From: Flavobacterium sp.
GTDB lineage: Bacteria; Bacteroidota; Bacteroidia; Flavobacteriales; Flavobacteriaceae
Direction of reading: 5' to 3'
Length of the DNA: 44,178 nucleotides
Assembly: GCA_035317805.1 (NCBI GenBank)
Contig: DATHGE010000393.1
Location: forward strand, 1-44,178
Shown here: in pieces, positions 42,073-44,178 of the stretch
Layout of the letters: each line of letters begins with the position of its first letter
How positions within the stretch are numbered: the first letter of the stretch is position 1
Made by a program: the position numbers and the translations under genes
The notes under the pieces: model-generated
What the model was told of the DNA's origin: nothing
What the model saw: only the letters and a program-made list of their open reading frames with translations
Database searches by the model: none

Positions 42073-44178
42073 ATGAAAAAACTTATATCTATTTTCTGTA
42101 TCCTTGCTATGGCATTATGCTGCAGCATGGGTTTTGCCCAATCCCAGTCTAAGGGAAGCGAGGCAACTGTCAGTCCGTCCGGATTACTTGAAAACGTATT
42201 CGACCAATACGGAAACAAATACAAACTCTCTGATATTGCAATCAGTAAAGAAACGGTAACCCCGAAAGGAACTTCGCGAAGCGCAATATTGTGCAGTTCC
42301 GGGATGTTCGACCTGTATTTTGAAACCGGAAGCGGAATGGAAGATCCTTCAAATCCTACGCACAATGCCCGTCGGGCTGTCGTATGTCAGGTATTTCAGG
42401 ATCTGTCTAATTTTATCAATTCGCCTTTGCAGAATGTCGGCAACACAACACGTGTCAAAATCTGGGTCAGGGATTTGGGACAAATCGTCTCCAATCCATC
42501 AACCAGCGGCGTATTGGGGTTGGCCACCGCTTTCTATAATATGCCTGTAAATTCGGGTGGAATTATAGACAACGAGATCTGGAAAACAATCCACAGCGGG
42601 GCAGATTCTTACACCAACGTCACCGATCCAATCATTTCGACCAATCCGAATCCCGGAGGTTCAGGAACTTACTATCACGGGATGATGGCTTTCAATTTTG
42701 TTAATCCGGTGGTGAGTTGGCATACGAATCTCTCTGCGGTAGCTCCGGCAGGTCTTTTCGATTTGTATAGTGTGGTTTTACATGAAGTCACCCATGCGCT
42801 GGGATTTGCCAGCCTGATCAATTATGACGGGACTTCTAAATTCGGAGGCGCTTTTAACTATTATACACGTTACGATAAGTTTTTGAAGGATAATGCGGCA
42901 AGCCAATTCCTGATTGCCAATCCGGGTGCGTGCTCTACCATGTATGGCTATTCCTTTAACAGCAGCCTGTCGAATTCCATCCTGCATCCTGGCTGTGGTT
43001 TAAATCCGCCGGTATCGGGAGGTTCCCTGGATCATACGGTTTGCTCCTCGGCTATAAAGTATGTGAGTCCGGGCGCAACAGTGCCGGTTTACACGCCGCA
43101 GTGTTTTGAGCCTGGAAGCAGTTTAAGCCATTTCGAGGACGAATGCTTTCCGCCAAATATCAACAATGCTTACTTTACGATGAGTAATGCCAACGGGGCG
43201 GGAGTGACCAAACGTTTTCTCAGGGCCGAAGAACGTACCGCCTTGTGCGATATCGGATACAACGTTAACACCACATTCGGAGGTACTGCAATACAAAGCT
43301 TTATCAATTATGGCGGAGTGGCCTGTGGCGGAATTCCTGTCGCCGGAATTAATGATGGAATCACTACCGTGGGAGCGTATGCGTTCATTGGCAATGCTTC
43401 TGCTACAATCGCAATCACCGGCATATTGAATAATGATTTTACGACCAATAGCAGCGATCTCCGTTTTGAATGCCTTCAGGACCTTTATGACACGGCGGCC
43501 ATTATTCCAACGACAACAGGAAGCGCTACAACACCTGTCACCTTTAAAAGTGCGGTGCCGGGCGTCCATTTGTTGCGGTATGTTCCTTATAACAATAGTA
43601 CACAGCAAAGAGGTAACATCACCTATGTGTTTGTTTATGTAATGCCGGCGGCGACTTCGGTTTGCGTACCAACGCCAACGGCCTGTAGCCTTGTGATGAA
43701 TGGTGATTTTGAGCAGGCTTCGGCTATGCCAACCACATTGAGCGAGATCACGCTTGCCTGCGGATGGAGCAATGCCCAAAGCAATACACCTGATTATTTT
43801 AACGCCGGATCATCGAGCTCGCTTGTAGACGTGCCTTGTAATGTCTTCGGAAGCCAAAGCGATAATGTAGCGGGACATAACGGTTATGCCGGTTTTCACG
43901 TAGACCGCGACAGTAGCGGTAGCGGAAACCATTATTATGAAACCATCATGACGAAACTTAAATCGCCAATGTTGCCTAACAGTACTTATCAGCTTAGCTT
44001 CGATGTTTCGCTTGCGGACGGGATGAGTTCGTCTGCAGTGAAGATGCAGGCTTATCTGAGTGATACGCTGTTGCCGATTGGTGCCACTGGGGGGGATCTT
44101 GCGATTCCAAATCCCAATATGCTTTTTACCAACACAAGCTATTCGACTACGGCAAATGGATGGGATCACATCGTATTT
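42073..44178 (+). CDS. Large secreted zinc metalloprotease (zincin), truncated at the right edge (>702 aa)
   Basis: Not in the ORF track. MKKLISIFCILAMALCCSMGFA-Q; DLYSVVLHEVTHALGF (HExxH at 42781), GSSLSHFED, YFTM; then Ig/cadherin-like AGINDG..ILNND and SLVMNGDFE modules. Confidence 0.85.
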   Translation, partial: MKKLISIFCILAMALCCSMGFAQSQSKGSEATVSPSGLLENVFDQYGNKYKLSDIAISKETVTPKGTSRSAILCSSGMFDLYFETGSGMEDPSNPTHNARRAVVCQVFQDLSNFINSPLQNVGNTTRVKIWVRDLGQIVSNPSTSGVLGLATAFYNMPVNSGGIIDNEIWKTIHSGADSYTNVTDPIISTNPNPGGSGTYYHGMMAFNFVNPVVSWHTNLSAVAPAGLFDLYSVVLHEVTHALGFASLINYDGTSKFGGAFNYYTRYDKFLKDNAASQFLIANPGACSTMYGYSFNSSLSNSILHPGCGLNPPVSGGSLDHTVCSSAIKYVSPGATVPVYTPQCFEPGSSLSHFEDECFPPNINNAYFTMSNANGAGVTKRFLRAEERTALCDIGYNVNTTFGGTAIQSFINYGGVACGGIPVAGINDGITTVGAYAFIGNASATIAITGILNNDFTTNSSDLRFECLQDLYDTAAIIPTTTGSATTPVTFKSAVPGVHLLRYVPYNNSTQQRGNITYVFVYVMPAATSVCVPTPTACSLVMNGDFEQASAMPTTLSEITLACGWSNAQSNTPDYFNAGSSSSLVDVPCNVFGSQSDNVAGHNGYAGFHVDRDSSGSGNHYYETIMTKLKSPMLPNSTYQLSFDVSLADGMSSSAVKMQAYLSDTLLPIGATGGDLAIPNPNMLFTNTSYSTTANGWDHIVF

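Noticed and set aside
41241-42189. Shared PSGLL pentapeptide near the mature N-termini of the last two proteins
   Set aside because: It is only five residues with different codons and no further similarity, so it is likely chance.
42066-44169. Several minus-strand and short ORFs in the track (e.g. 43123-43779, 43810-44169)
   Set aside because: They are shadows of the long + strand protease frame starting at 42073.

Overview
This is a core chromosomal segment of a Flavobacteriaceae bacterium, most likely Flavobacterium. The assignment is inferred from TAnnTTTG promoters, A-rich translation starts without Shine-Dalgarno sequences, SusC/SusD, T9SS cargo and ribosomal protein sequences. In order, the window holds: a truncated secreted protein, a TPR protein, an Mpl/MurC-like ligase, radC, yjjG, a hypothetical protein, rarA, a rhomboid protease, rlmB, a four-gene SusC/SusD plus two-lipoprotein unit (BT2261-64-like), and a POTRA/Omp85-like protein. 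Next comes the complete str-S10-spc-alpha ribosomal supercluster (rpsL to rplQ, no tuf/adk/map; rpmD and rpmJ added by hand), followed by carA, eno, an LRR T9SS cargo protein and gltA. The window ends with an accessory pair: a signal-peptide tail-fibre/chaperone-like protein and a large truncated secreted HExxH zinc metalloprotease that the ORF track missed. Non-coding points of interest are three copies of a covarying structured repeat (Flavo-1-like), each next to a different REP-like element, an 11-bp-period tandem array upstream of the rpsL promoter, and structured spacers before rplC, rpsH, rpsD and rplQ. No rRNA, tRNA, CRISPR array, transposase or integrase was seen. All family names come from motif recognition, not database searches.
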